This document shows positions 10,911-22,582 of a DNA stretch of 64,000 bases, piece by piece (within the stretch, counting starts at the first letter, position 1; each line of letters starts with the position of its first letter). Source of the DNA: Saccharolobus solfataricus P2 (GTDB lineage: Archaea; Thermoproteota; Thermoprotei_A; Sulfolobales; Sulfolobaceae). Made by a program: the position numbers and the translations under genes. The notes under the pieces are model-generated. The model saw only the letters and a list, made by a program, of their open reading frames with translations. It was not told where the DNA came from and made no database searches. The stretch lies in the NCBI RefSeq assembly GCF_000007005.1, contig NC_002754.1; one strand, given 5' to 3'.

Positions 10911-12170
10911 TCATAACTCATAAGTTGGCCAATATTTTCTCATTACCTCATCGTCTAGATCTATGCCCAATCCAGGGTCATCGGTAAGCTTAATCACACC
11001 ATCTTCTATAATCTTTCTCTTCGGCTTAACGATCTCATTCCAAAATGGTACATCGTGACCATGAAATTCCACAAAACCGAATGTGTTTGCAATTGACCCT
11101 ACATGGGCATGAGCCATAGTACCTATTGGTGATGCTATATTATGAGGAGAGTATTCTATATCATACATGGCAGCTAATTCAGCTATTCTCCTTCCCTCGG
11201 TTATTCCACCAGCTTTAACTATATCCGGAGCCCACACTCTAACTCCAGTATTGAGCAAATCCTTGAACTGATATACTGTATAGAGGTTCTCGCCAGTCTC
11301 TATCGGAACTGAACACTGAGAGGTCAACAACTTTAACTCGTCGTAATTGGAAACAGCCATTATTGCCGGCATTGGATCCTCTAGCCATCTTAGTCTATAT
11401 GGTTCTAGTGCCTTACAAATCCTAATTGCAGTATTTAAATTATATCTCCAATGCAAATCGAACATTATTTCGACCTCATCGCCAACGGACTCTCTAACTG
11501 CCTTTACTATATCTACCATGTAGTCGATATCTTTAAGAGATAAATCTCCATTTCTTACTCTCCTTAAATCTATATAAGGTGTAGGTACGTCTAGATCAAA
11601 TTTCATGGCTTTATAACCCTCGTTCTTCATCTTTAGAGCTCTCTTAGCGTATGCCTCAGGTGAATAATCTTCATTCCACTTTTCCATTGATAACCTACCA
11701 TGAACTGGATTATTGGTTGTGATCAACCTATTTGTCTCCACCTCAGCCTCCTTGATCCAAGGTAAATTAACTGGTAAGTGTAAAGCATTAATTGCTTCTA
11801 ACCCTTTCCCTCCATGAGCGTCGACATAGACTGGTATTTCCGTCTTATCCCCACCTAGTAATTTGTATATTGGTACATTTAGGTATTTCCCAATAAGATC
11901 GTACAGTGCAATATTAATGGCTGAGATCAAGTGATATACAGTAGTTCCAGAGTATAGTGTAGCGTACCTGAGTTTCTCAGCTATCCTATTAACTTTGAAT
12001 GCGTCTTCTCCAATTAGTAATTGTATAAACTCGCTTTCCATTCCCTTTAAACCTGGCGCAGGACCTGCCTCACCAGTACCATATAAGTCTTTGGAGTAGA
12101 TTCTCACAAAAGCCCATTCGAAATTGGCCTGAGCTACGAAAACTTTGAAATCAGTAATTTTTAGTTCCAT
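10911..12170 (-). CDS. Mandelate racemase/muconate lactonizing (enolase superfamily) enzyme, probable sugar-acid dehydratase
   Basis: SAINIALYDL, KFD, FDLHWR, LEDP, TGEN and SPHN motifs. Confidence 0.85.
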   Translation of the reverse strand: MELKITDFKVFVAQANFEWAFVRIYSKDLYGTGEAGPAPGLKGMESEFIQLLIGEDAFKVNRIAEKLRYATLYSGTTVYHLISAINIALYDLIGKYLNVPIYKLLGGDKTEIPVYVDAHGGKGLEAINALHLPVNLPWIKEAEVETNRLITTNNPVHGRLSMEKWNEDYSPEAYAKRALKMKNEGYKAMKFDLDVPTPYIDLRRVRNGDLSLKDIDYMVDIVKAVRESVGDEVEIMFDLHWRYNLNTAIRICKALEPYRLRWLEDPMPAIMAVSNYDELKLLTSQCSVPIETGENLYTVYQFKDLLNTGVRVWAPDIVKAGGITEGRRIAELAAMYDIEYSPHNIASPIGTMAHAHVGSIANTFGFVEFHGHDVPFWNEIVKPKRKIIEDGVIKLTDDPGLGIDLDDEVMRKYWPTYEL

Positions 12171-12215
12171 AAAGTAATAAAGAAAACCTAAATAAAATAA
12201 TCATATCTTAACCTT

Positions 12216-13835
12216 TTAACCTAAGTATGGGTTTGGCTGTTGTGGCTGAGGTTGTTGCTTTGCAGGAGCTGCAGCTATCATATCATCAATCTTTAAAATT
12301 GCAGTAGCTGCTTCTGTAGCACTCTTCAAAACTTGTTCCTTAACCTTTAGAGAGTCAATCACTCTAAGTTCAAGCATATTATCGTAAATCCTTGCCTTAG
12401 TAACGTCTATTCCAGCATTCTTTAACCCAGTTGCGTGTTTGTGTCTTATTTCGGTTAACGCGCTTATCGGATCCATACCAGCAGTTTCTGATAGTATTGA
12501 AACGTACTCTTCTAATGCATCTGCAAATGCATTAAATGCCAATTGCTCCTTTCCTATAACCTTTCTTGCGTCATCTCTTAATCTCTTAGCTAACTCTTCT
12601 TCTACTGCTCCACCACCCGCTACTATATATGGTTCCAATAGTAAGTTTCTTATGGAGTTGAAGGCGTCATTTAAACTTCTCTCTGCTTCATCAGTTATCA
12701 TGTTATTTGAGCCCTTTATTATTACAGTCACTGCTTTAGCTTTATCGGATTGGATGAAGAGATACTTGTTCTTTCCTAAATTTCTAACCTCTACTAATTT
12801 AGCTTCCCCTAAGTCACTTTCGTTAGCATCTTTCATACTACTTGCAATTTTGGCACCAGTAGCCCTACTCAATAATTCTATGTCGCTTCTCTTTACGTTC
12901 TTTAATGCCATTATTCCATTTTTGCCCATTAAATATGAAGCAATTTCATCAATATCCTTTTGGGTAATAAATAATTTGACGCCCATTGCCTTTATCTTAT
13001 CCACCATTTGCTTAACATAAGCCGTTTGTTCATCTAAGTATCCCTTTATCTGAGTGGGATCGCTTATTCCCAACTTCATACTGATTTCTGTTTTTTCAAG
13101 TTTTAGTGGAAAGTCAGCTAACATCACTTTAACGTTTTCCACTCTTTTCGGCATATTCTCATTGGTTGGCTCTTTATCTACAACGATTCCGTTTATTAGC
13201 TCACTATCATCGAATTCCCCGCCATTGACCTTTACAATCTTAATGTTCTTAATATCTAGATCATAACTTCCATCCCTTTTATCCAATACCGCTAACGAAG
13301 CGTCAATAACCAAGTTTATTATCTTCTCGAGAGTGTGCTCTGTGGAGAAGAACTTACTAGAAAGAGTAGTATATACTAAATCGTGAACTATCTTCCTATC
13401 CTCTGGACTAATCTTATCAGCTATATTTTTTAGCAATTCTAATGATGAATTTAGTGCTTTCCTATAACCTTCAATTATTACCGTTGGATGAATCTTTTGA
13501 TTTAATAAGTCTTCAGCCTTTTCTAACAGTAATCCAGCGAGGACAACTACTGAGGTTGTTCCATCCCCTACCTCGGTGTCAACAGTTTTTGCGGTTTCAA
13601 TAAGTAATTTAGCAGTAGGATGCTGTACTTCCATGTTTTTCACTATTGTAGCACCGTCATTAGTTATTGTAACGTCTTGCCCTTCAACCAACATTTTGTC
13701 CAAGCCCTTAGGACCTAGACTTGACTTTAGCATTTCTAGTAATATTTTCGCTACTGCTATGTTGTTTAGTATTACCTCATTTCCAGTAGATCTTTGTGTT
13801 CCTTCTCTTAATAAATAGGCCATGTTTTCTTTCAC
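12216..13835 (-). CDS. thsC: Thermosome (group II chaperonin) gamma subunit; likely start ATG 13823
   Basis: LGPKGLDKM, TNDGATI, GDGTTS and AGGGAVE motifs; MAYLLREG start and PQQPNPYLG tail recognised as TF55-gamma. Confidence 0.9.
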   Translation of the reverse strand: MKENMAYLLREGTQRSTGNEVILNNIAVAKILLEMLKSSLGPKGLDKMLVEGQDVTITNDGATIVKNMEVQHPTAKLLIETAKTVDTEVGDGTTSVVVLAGLLLEKAEDLLNQKIHPTVIIEGYRKALNSSLELLKNIADKISPEDRKIVHDLVYTTLSSKFFSTEHTLEKIINLVIDASLAVLDKRDGSYDLDIKNIKIVKVNGGEFDDSELINGIVVDKEPTNENMPKRVENVKVMLADFPLKLEKTEISMKLGISDPTQIKGYLDEQTAYVKQMVDKIKAMGVKLFITQKDIDEIASYLMGKNGIMALKNVKRSDIELLSRATGAKIASSMKDANESDLGEAKLVEVRNLGKNKYLFIQSDKAKAVTVIIKGSNNMITDEAERSLNDAFNSIRNLLLEPYIVAGGGAVEEELAKRLRDDARKVIGKEQLAFNAFADALEEYVSILSETAGMDPISALTEIRHKHATGLKNAGIDVTKARIYDNMLELRVIDSLKVKEQVLKSATEAATAILKIDDMIAAAPAKQQPQPQQPNPYLG

Positions 13836-13924
13836 TCCGACTCTACTATGTTTAGAAAAGTATAAAGTTTGTGTTTTATCGGAGTATCTGGATGGTGAAA
13901 TAAAAATAGTGGAGAGTTTGAATT

Positions 13925-15337
13925 TCAGTTACGTCCAGACCACTTCTTTTGTCTCCATATGGTCATAAGGGCGAATATATCTGCTAAGAACATTAACGGA
14001 AATGCCAATAGACCTAAAGCAAATCCCCTTATTTTCCTCGTATATAATAGGATGGAAATAATCATTACTATGCTAACTATGGCTGATACTTCGCCCACAA
14101 GTGTATGGAAAACATAGAAATAATGGAATAGTATCATTTTTGCACTCAGTTTATTGTCGTAAATTAACATAATAGGATTAAAGTGATGTGGAAGAAAATG
14201 GTGAAATTTATTAGCAATAGGCGTGGGATCTATATTGAATAACCTATCAATTCTAGATATTATGACGTTTTCTATGAACCTAGCTGGGTCTGTCGTAATT
14301 GCCCTAACAATGAAATTCCAATGTTTAATTGCGTGTGACAAAATTATTTCAGTATATAAGCTATAGCTCAGTAATGTAAGTAAAGGTAACGCATACCAGT
14401 ATAGTACTGTAAACATGTAAAAGAAACCCTTTTTAATGATTGTACCATCACCTATCTCTTTGATTAGGAAGAAGTTATTAGATCTATACCATCTCACCAT
14501 TTGTTTTAACAAATCCCTAATTGTATCCGGTGCCTTAGTCTTGACTACTACATCATTGGTAACCGTTGCCTTATATCCCTTTGAATAGATGTAATTGGTT
14601 ATTTGTCTATCATCACCTAGAATTGTAGAGAACCTCCATAATTTAACACTATTAAATTCCTCAGACTCAACTAGCGATTTTATTACATCAGTTTTAGCTA
14701 GTATGCATTGACCATTAAGTGATACTATACTACCAAATCTAGCCAATGCCCTATAACTTATTTCCCTTAATCTTTGCATCATCTCTGAAATGTGGAAAGT
14801 TACCTTATTTCTGCCTGGCAATATCGAAATCTCTGGGCTAACAGCAACTATATCCCCAGCTAATTTAGAGGATAGTATATCAATAGAGTTATCCGGGAGT
14901 ATTGTGTCACTATCTAAAAGTAAGACATACGGGGTTTTAACGTATTTGAATCCTTCTCTTATTGCCCTCCTTTTACCCATGTTCTTATCCAACTTAACGA
15001 ACAAACCTCCTTTTGATATGGTTATACTTTTATATGGTTCATCACACCCATCTCCAACAACAACAAAATTCAGATCTTGTTTTTTAACGGAATTTATAAC
15101 TTCCTTAAACACATCAACATCCTCTTTATAAACTGGAATTAATACAGTAATTTCGCTCCTTTTTATATTAGTTTGGGAGGACTTTGGTTTATATGTAAAT
15201 GCAAGGGGTAAGGTAAATGAGATATATAGAATAGTAAAAATGGAAATGAGCGAAGAGATGAGCAAATAAAGTGTAAAGTCAAGTCTCATATAAGTCCGAG
15301 TATTAACTATAAACGCATTAATATAAAAGATTTTCAC
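13925..15337 (-). CDS. Processive membrane GT2 glycosyltransferase (hyaluronan synthase/NodC-like); likely start 15289
   Basis: N-terminal TM, LDSD, LGDDRQITN and QMVRW (QxxRW) motifs, C-terminal TM segments. Confidence 0.85.
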   Translation of the reverse strand: MKIFYINAFIVNTRTYMRLDFTLYLLISSLISIFTILYISFTLPLAFTYKPKSSQTNIKRSEITVLIPVYKEDVDVFKEVINSVKKQDLNFVVVGDGCDEPYKSITISKGGLFVKLDKNMGKRRAIREGFKYVKTPYVLLLDSDTILPDNSIDILSSKLAGDIVAVSPEISILPGRNKVTFHISEMMQRLREISYRALARFGSIVSLNGQCILAKTDVIKSLVESEEFNSVKLWRFSTILGDDRQITNYIYSKGYKATVTNDVVVKTKAPDTIRDLLKQMVRWYRSNNFFLIKEIGDGTIIKKGFFYMFTVLYWYALPLLTLLSYSLYTEIILSHAIKHWNFIVRAITTDPARFIENVIISRIDRLFNIDPTPIANKFHHFLPHHFNPIMLIYDNKLSAKMILFHYFYVFHTLVGEVSAIVSIVMIISILLYTRKIRGFALGLLAFPLMFLADIFALMTIWRQKKWSGRN

Positions 15338-15531
15338 TAATTTTTCTTTTCTGCTCGATATAGTAGTCCCTTATACTACATTTGTTTGAATATTTTTATT
15401 GAATATTTCTCGAACACATAAATACATAATCTATATACATATTCACGTAAAAATATATCATTGTTACAAGCATAATTAGAACCTCCTTACACCAGAAAAA
15501 GATAGCACAAAAAACCGAAATTTTTATTGAA

Positions 15532-16638
<1,107 letters not shown>

Positions 16639-16888
16639 CTATGTTAAGATGGGACAGATATAAATTTTATGCTCAATACAACTTAAAAATTTTAAATCTA
16701 CGTAAAATTCCAGGCTAGTATACTATGAAATTATTAACTTTTCCAGTTAAATATGGGATCCTCTTACGGTATTGCATTTGTAAAAAGTAAAGAGACTCAG
16801 AGAACCTATCACTTATGATATGCTTTTGAAGGGTTAAAGAATCATATACGCCAAAGACGTTTAACCCCCATTATATGATGAGCATTGT

Positions 16889-17788
16889 TTATAATGACCT
16901 TAAGAGCTCATCCAATTTACTTTTTATATTTTCCTTATTATCTGCTTTTTTAATTTTTTCAATTAATTTTCTAATCTGATATGAGACCTCTACATCATTA
17001 AATAGCATTGTTAAGGAATCTTGAATAACATTCTCGTCAATATATATCATTTTAACTGTCATACCTCCATCAATTGTGAAATTCACGCCACTAATCCACG
17101 AAGCATCGTCAGAAACTAAAAATGTAACTAATGAAGCTACATCCTCAGGCTTTCCAACCCTTCTGGTCAGATGTTGCCCATGATCCAAACCAGATAAAGT
17201 TGACTCTCTAGGAGGGACTTGCCACCTACTCGTATCAATCCACCCTGGACTTATGGAAACCACCCTTATATTATACTTGCTTAAACTAACGGCTAAGGAA
17301 TGTGTTAATGCAATTATGCCACCCTTAGAAGCAGAGTAAGGTTCAGTATTTGGCTCAGATTGAAAAGCCCTAGTTGATGCTATGTTAACAATCACACCAC
17401 CATTATTCTTCATATATTTCACTGCATACTTGGAACAAAGCCAGACTCCGGTCAAATTTGTCTCAATCACTCTCCTCCACTCATCTAAAGTTTGCTCTTC
17501 TATACTCTTTCCACTAAATCCTATACCAGCGTTATTAACAAGAACATCAATCCTTCCATATCTACCATAAACCTTTTCAACCATGTTTGAGACGTCCATC
17601 TCTGAAGAAACATCAGTCTTAATGAAAAAAGAATCTATTCCCTCACCCCTAAAATGATTCTCCCTATATTTCCCAGCTTCTTCATCTACATCAGCTATAA
17701 CTACGGCATATCCTTGCTTACCTAATCTATAACCTATTGCTGCTCCTATTCCCTTAGCTCCCCCTGTAATAATACTAACCTTTTTCAT
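16889..17788 (-). CDS. Short-chain dehydrogenase/reductase with ~50-aa C-terminal extension
   Basis: TGGAKGIG, NNAG, YSASK and DGG motifs; starts immediately after the alpha-mannosidase stop. Confidence 0.9.
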   Translation of the reverse strand: MKKVSIITGGAKGIGAAIGYRLGKQGYAVVIADVDEEAGKYRENHFRGEGIDSFFIKTDVSSEMDVSNMVEKVYGRYGRIDVLVNNAGIGFSGKSIEEQTLDEWRRVIETNLTGVWLCSKYAVKYMKNNGGVIVNIASTRAFQSEPNTEPYSASKGGIIALTHSLAVSLSKYNIRVVSISPGWIDTSRWQVPPRESTLSGLDHGQHLTRRVGKPEDVASLVTFLVSDDASWISGVNFTIDGGMTVKMIYIDENVIQDSLTMLFNDVEVSYQIRKLIEKIKKADNKENIKSKLDELLRSL

Positions 17789-20695
17789 CTAACCCCTCAC
17801 ACTTATTGTGAGGATATCCCTATTCTTATACTTTACCTTAATCCTATTTCCCTCAATTACTATATCCCTTGGAACCTCATTCAACTCTAACAAGTCAAGA
17901 CTTCTTGCCTCAGTTACATTGAAAGGCACTTCAACATAAGCCTCTCCCCTAGTATTCTCATATTCGTAAAGCCTTAACACTACGCTATTGTTATCATCCT
18001 CAGCTACCTTAACTGCTTCTAAAATCAACTTACTATCATTAATCCTAATGAAACTCTTACGTTTAACCTCACTAACTCCCTTAACTACTCTCAATGGTAC
18101 GTTTAACTCATAAGCTCTCTTAATAACCTCAGCCCTCTTCCAATCACCAATATGAGGATATAATGAGTAAATGAAAGTGACCTCTTCAAGGTCGGTAGAT
18201 GGATCTGGATATATCGGAGTTTTAGTCAAACTTAAACCAACTGAAGAACCTCTTAACGTTGCCCCATACTTGCCGTTATTAAGTAATGCGGCACCATACT
18301 CACTTTCAGAGAAATCAACAAACTTTTGAATTGGAACCTCAAACCTAGCCTTATCCCAACTGGTATTACTCCAAGTGAACCTTTCCACAACTCCAAAGGG
18401 AATATCGGAAACTGCCCTTTCCACGTTTAAGTCAAAATTAAACCAGCTCTTCACCAACAGTTCTCTATCCCTCATCCTTAGCGTAGTGATGAAATCTATC
18501 CTTCTACTATCAGCATAAACACGGACAATTTGAATAATTTCTGATCTCCTAAATTTATAAGTAAATTTAATTGAAGCCACAATCCCGTCATTATTGACTA
18601 TTTCAGATGAGGAGGCCCTAATTTCGAAACTTCTATCCTCAAATCCCTTCTCGATATCCCACGCGTCAGCCCAACCTGGTATATTCTCGTAAGCTATTAA
18701 TAGGTTGCTCTTATCCCTTAATACTTCCCTATTTGCCTCTTTATCAAATAGTGAGAGAACTTGCCCACTTTTACTTATTCTTACTCTAAAATATTTATTC
18801 TCCACAAGGTATTCAGCGTTATTTTCATTAATGACGGCTTTATCTCTAACCTCCACTGGTTCCAACAAGGAGAATCCCACTGATGGGACTCTAACCTTAA
18901 CCAACTTACCGTCAGCCTCAATGTATTCCTCCCTATCCCATGACAGTGAATTAAACACAAACGTCTTATCTCCGCTACCACCAACTAACTTCTGCATCGC
19001 TTCACTCGCAACATTATTAGCCTTATTTATCACTTCTTCTAACTCTTGATAAGCCACCTTATAAACGTCTTTTATCGCCGATCCAGGTAAGACGTCATGG
19101 AACTGATCCTTTAATACAACTTTCCATAGTTTTGTAAAAACTTCTTTATCATAAGTCCTAGCTAAAGTGCTCCATAGCTCGGCTTCTCTTAACGCAATCT
19201 CTGCACTTCTATTAAGCAATTTCATCTTTGAATGAGAGGTCAATACACCCCTATGAGTTTCTAAATATAGTTCTCCTCTCCACTCTTCTACTGGAACTAT
19301 CCTTTGTATATAGCTATTTACACCACTTAGTTCAACCTTGGGTAATATTGGTAAAAGGTTTACTGCTTCAGCTCTAATCAACATATCCTCATTTGGTCCT
19401 CCACCGCCATCACCGTATCCGTAAGAGTATAGCATTGGTTGATCCTTTTGAGCCCAATTATTATATTGCTCTAAAACACTAGAGGCCGAGAAGTCTGAGT
19501 TATAACCACCCTTTCCATGCCCAAAAGCTATTGCTGGTAAGTAATCGCCGTTTGGTCCTACCCACTTAAAAACGTTGTATGGGAATTTATTAGTGTCGTT
19601 CCAGAAAACCTTATGAGTTGCGAATGCCTTAACTCCGCCCAATTTAGCTATCTGAGGTAATGATGCTGAAAACCCAAATGTGTCGGGTAACCATAAAATA
19701 TTAGCAAGCTTCCCAAAATTTTCCAGATAGAACCTCTGAGAGTATAAGAACTGTCTAGCAAGCGACTCACCAGATACCATATTCGCATCTGATTCAACAT
19801 ATAGGGCTGCTAATTCCCATTTGCCTTCTTTAACCTTTTCCTTAATTCTTACAAATAATTCCGGAGAATCAGCCTTTACCCACTCGTAATATATGGCAGC
19901 ACTCTGAATAAAGTGAAAGTCGTATTTGTCTAAGAGTGTCAAAATTGTTGAGAATGTCCTTAGAACTTTCCTCCTCGTCTCATCAAATGGCCAAAGCCAA
20001 GCGGTATCAATATGAGCGTGACCAGTTCCTACCAATACCCCTCTTTTACCGTACTTATTTACTAGTTTTGACAATTCACTCCTCAAAGTGTTCAAAGCCC
20101 CTTCGAATTTACTTCTATTCTCATCTTCCTTGTATACATCTAGAGGTTCCTCGATCTCTTGAACCATTCTACTTACATCCAATGTCGTTCTTATTAACTT
20201 AGACAGAATAAACAACTGTTCTTTAGATATTGTCTCGAAGTAAGCCTCATGTAAAGCTTTACTTAAGGCACTAATTAAATCATCCTTAACTTCATTGTCA
20301 TTTATACTTCTTACTAGGTCTAGGATCTGAGATCCGTAAACGTATAACTTATAAGCGTTAGAGTCTATCTCAGTATAAAACGGTATTCCAGCTGAAATAT
20401 CAACCTTTTCACCAAAGTCCATATAGTGGGAAAGCTCTAAACTAATCTTATGGTTACCAAAGGGAATTGGTATCAAAGTGTGATATCTATCTAGCTCGAA
20501 ATAGGGTTTGTCATCCAATCTGATGAGCCCACTCCCCTTGTGGTCAACGATTAACAAATAGGAATTTCCCTTCCCTTCAATCTCCAAGTAGGCTTTATTA
20601 TGATTTTCAAGATTCCATCTTAATTGTCGTAAGTTTCTAAAAGAATTACCTAACGTTAGTATTAATCTCGCCTCAAGCTCGTTTATGTTTCTCAT
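17789..20695 (-). CDS. manA: GH38 alpha-mannosidase
   Basis: HAHIDTAWLWP, WLPDTFG and QFHD motifs; 968 aa. Confidence 0.95.
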   Translation of the reverse strand: MRNINELEARLILTLGNSFRNLRQLRWNLENHNKAYLEIEGKGNSYLLIVDHKGSGLIRLDDKPYFELDRYHTLIPIPFGNHKISLELSHYMDFGEKVDISAGIPFYTEIDSNAYKLYVYGSQILDLVRSINDNEVKDDLISALSKALHEAYFETISKEQLFILSKLIRTTLDVSRMVQEIEEPLDVYKEDENRSKFEGALNTLRSELSKLVNKYGKRGVLVGTGHAHIDTAWLWPFDETRRKVLRTFSTILTLLDKYDFHFIQSAAIYYEWVKADSPELFVRIKEKVKEGKWELAALYVESDANMVSGESLARQFLYSQRFYLENFGKLANILWLPDTFGFSASLPQIAKLGGVKAFATHKVFWNDTNKFPYNVFKWVGPNGDYLPAIAFGHGKGGYNSDFSASSVLEQYNNWAQKDQPMLYSYGYGDGGGGPNEDMLIRAEAVNLLPILPKVELSGVNSYIQRIVPVEEWRGELYLETHRGVLTSHSKMKLLNRSAEIALREAELWSTLARTYDKEVFTKLWKVVLKDQFHDVLPGSAIKDVYKVAYQELEEVINKANNVASEAMQKLVGGSGDKTFVFNSLSWDREEYIEADGKLVKVRVPSVGFSLLEPVEVRDKAVINENNAEYLVENKYFRVRISKSGQVLSLFDKEANREVLRDKSNLLIAYENIPGWADAWDIEKGFEDRSFEIRASSSEIVNNDGIVASIKFTYKFRRSEIIQIVRVYADSRRIDFITTLRMRDRELLVKSWFNFDLNVERAVSDIPFGVVERFTWSNTSWDKARFEVPIQKFVDFSESEYGAALLNNGKYGATLRGSSVGLSLTKTPIYPDPSTDLEEVTFIYSLYPHIGDWKRAEVIKRAYELNVPLRVVKGVSEVKRKSFIRINDSKLILEAVKVAEDDNNSVVLRLYEYENTRGEAYVEVPFNVTEARSLDLLELNEVPRDIVIEGNRIKVKYKNRDILTISVRG

Positions 20696-20747
20696 AAGAA
20701 TAGTTCTTGCATAGAAGTATATAAATATGAAATTATGACTCTAAAGT

Positions 20748-22541
20748 ATGAAAACGTTTTTCTTAGGCTTCAACTATTGGCCTAGAATATCTAATATAAA
20801 AATGTGGAGTAGATTTGAAATTGAAGAGATAAGGAGAGATTTCGAATTGATGAGCGGACTAGGCACAAATACTATAAGAGCGTTCATATTAGATGAAGAT
20901 TGTGCAGATCAGCAAGGTAATCTAAGGCAAGAATGCAAAAGTAAAATCGAGATATTTTTGGAGGAGGCAAATAGACATTCCATAAAGGTTCTATTAACCT
21001 TAATAGTAGGTCATATGAGCGGAAAGAACTGGAGTATCCCATGGGATAGTGAAAATACAATTTATGACAAGGTCGACCAAACGAAGAGATTTATAGAAGA
21101 TGTTGTTAAAAGCTTTAAGCAAAACAATGCGATACTGGGATGGATACTAACAAATGAAATATCGTTAGTGAGAATACCCCAAAATGACAATATATTCTTG
21201 AGATGGCTTAGGGAATTATACAATTACATTAAAAGGATTGATGATCAACATTTGATCTCAGTCGGGGACAACGTTTCTCCATTCTCCCATAATTTCTTAA
21301 GACCGGAAAACGTTAAGGGAATTGTAGATTATGCCTCACCGCATATCTATCAGTACGATCAAGACCCAATTAGACATTCGATTAGATACTTCATGATACT
21401 TGAATATGATAGGAGCGCGGGATTGCCAGTAATTCTGGAAGAATTTGGATTTCCAACCGCGGTTTACTCTGAAGAGAGTCACGCTAGATTTATAGGGTTA
21501 ATTCTAAGGGGGGCACTAGTTTATGGAGCTGATGGAGCACTAATCTGGTGTTTTTCTGACTTCCCTAGAGAGGATGATGAGCCTTATCTATGGGAACCTC
21601 ATGAACTAACCTTTGGAATAATAAGACAAGATGGAAGTGAGAAGATGGCAGCTAAAGTAATAAAGGAGTTCAGTCAAAAGACTAAGGATATAGATCTGTC
21701 ATCCTATAAGGTACCTAGAAGGGATTCAGCAATACTAGTTCCCTCTTGGTTTTATAGGAATTTTCAATTTGTCCCAGAGCAAGATAGAAGATGGGATTTC
21801 GCTAGAGTGTTAAATCAAGCATTTGCATTCGCTAGATTATCTAATATTCAAGTTACATTTGTAAGAGAAGATGATCAAAATTTGTCGGATTATAAGTTGT
21901 TAATAATACCCTCTGTTACTAGACTACTTACAACAACGTGGAGGAAATTACTAAAGATTGTTGAAAATGGTACTAGTGTCTACTTCTCAACTTACACCTT
22001 AACACACATGTCTGCGACACACCTATGGGAGGAACTTTTTGGCGTAATGCCTAATAATCCAGCAGGAAGTAGGGGAGTTAAGATACCAGAGAGAGTTAGA
22101 TTATTAGAGAACAATCTTGTACTCGATTTAGGACAAACAAATATGTATACATATTCGTTTAAAGAGAAGGACGCTAAAGTGATAGGGATAGATGAAAACA
22201 GTAATATTGGCGTAGCTTTTTTGGCTAAAAGAGGGAAGGGTAATGTTATTCTCTCCACAGTACCTCTAGAGTTGATTTCCTCAAATTACGAGACAATGAA
22301 GGAAAATCGCATATCATTTTACAATTATCTTGCAAAAATAGCTAATATCGAACAGAGATTTCCAATGCAAAACTATGGTGTTGAAATACAGTATCTTGAA
22401 GGAAAGGGAGATAGCTTACTAGCAGTTTTAAATCACACATGGGAAGATAAAGAATATGGACTTAACGTAGGCGTGAAAGAGGATATGGATGCTTGCCAAG
22501 GAGTGGTTAGGGCTAAATCTGGTTGCTTAATAAGAGTCTAA
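20748..22541 (+). CDS. GH5 beta-mannosidase/mannanase-like glycoside hydrolase
   Basis: GFNYWP, TNE (acid/base) and LEEFG (nucleophile) motifs; extra C-terminal domain. Confidence 0.85.
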   Translation: MKTFFLGFNYWPRISNIKMWSRFEIEEIRRDFELMSGLGTNTIRAFILDEDCADQQGNLRQECKSKIEIFLEEANRHSIKVLLTLIVGHMSGKNWSIPWDSENTIYDKVDQTKRFIEDVVKSFKQNNAILGWILTNEISLVRIPQNDNIFLRWLRELYNYIKRIDDQHLISVGDNVSPFSHNFLRPENVKGIVDYASPHIYQYDQDPIRHSIRYFMILEYDRSAGLPVILEEFGFPTAVYSEESHARFIGLILRGALVYGADGALIWCFSDFPREDDEPYLWEPHELTFGIIRQDGSEKMAAKVIKEFSQKTKDIDLSSYKVPRRDSAILVPSWFYRNFQFVPEQDRRWDFARVLNQAFAFARLSNIQVTFVREDDQNLSDYKLLIIPSVTRLLTTTWRKLLKIVENGTSVYFSTYTLTHMSATHLWEELFGVMPNNPAGSRGVKIPERVRLLENNLVLDLGQTNMYTYSFKEKDAKVIGIDENSNIGVAFLAKRGKGNVILSTVPLELISSNYETMKENRISFYNYLAKIANIEQRFPMQNYGVEIQYLEGKGDSLLAVLNHTWEDKEYGLNVGVKEDMDACQGVVRAKSGCLIRV

Positions 22542-22582
22542 CCGATACCAATCTTTTTTAATTATTATTATAAACTTATTTT

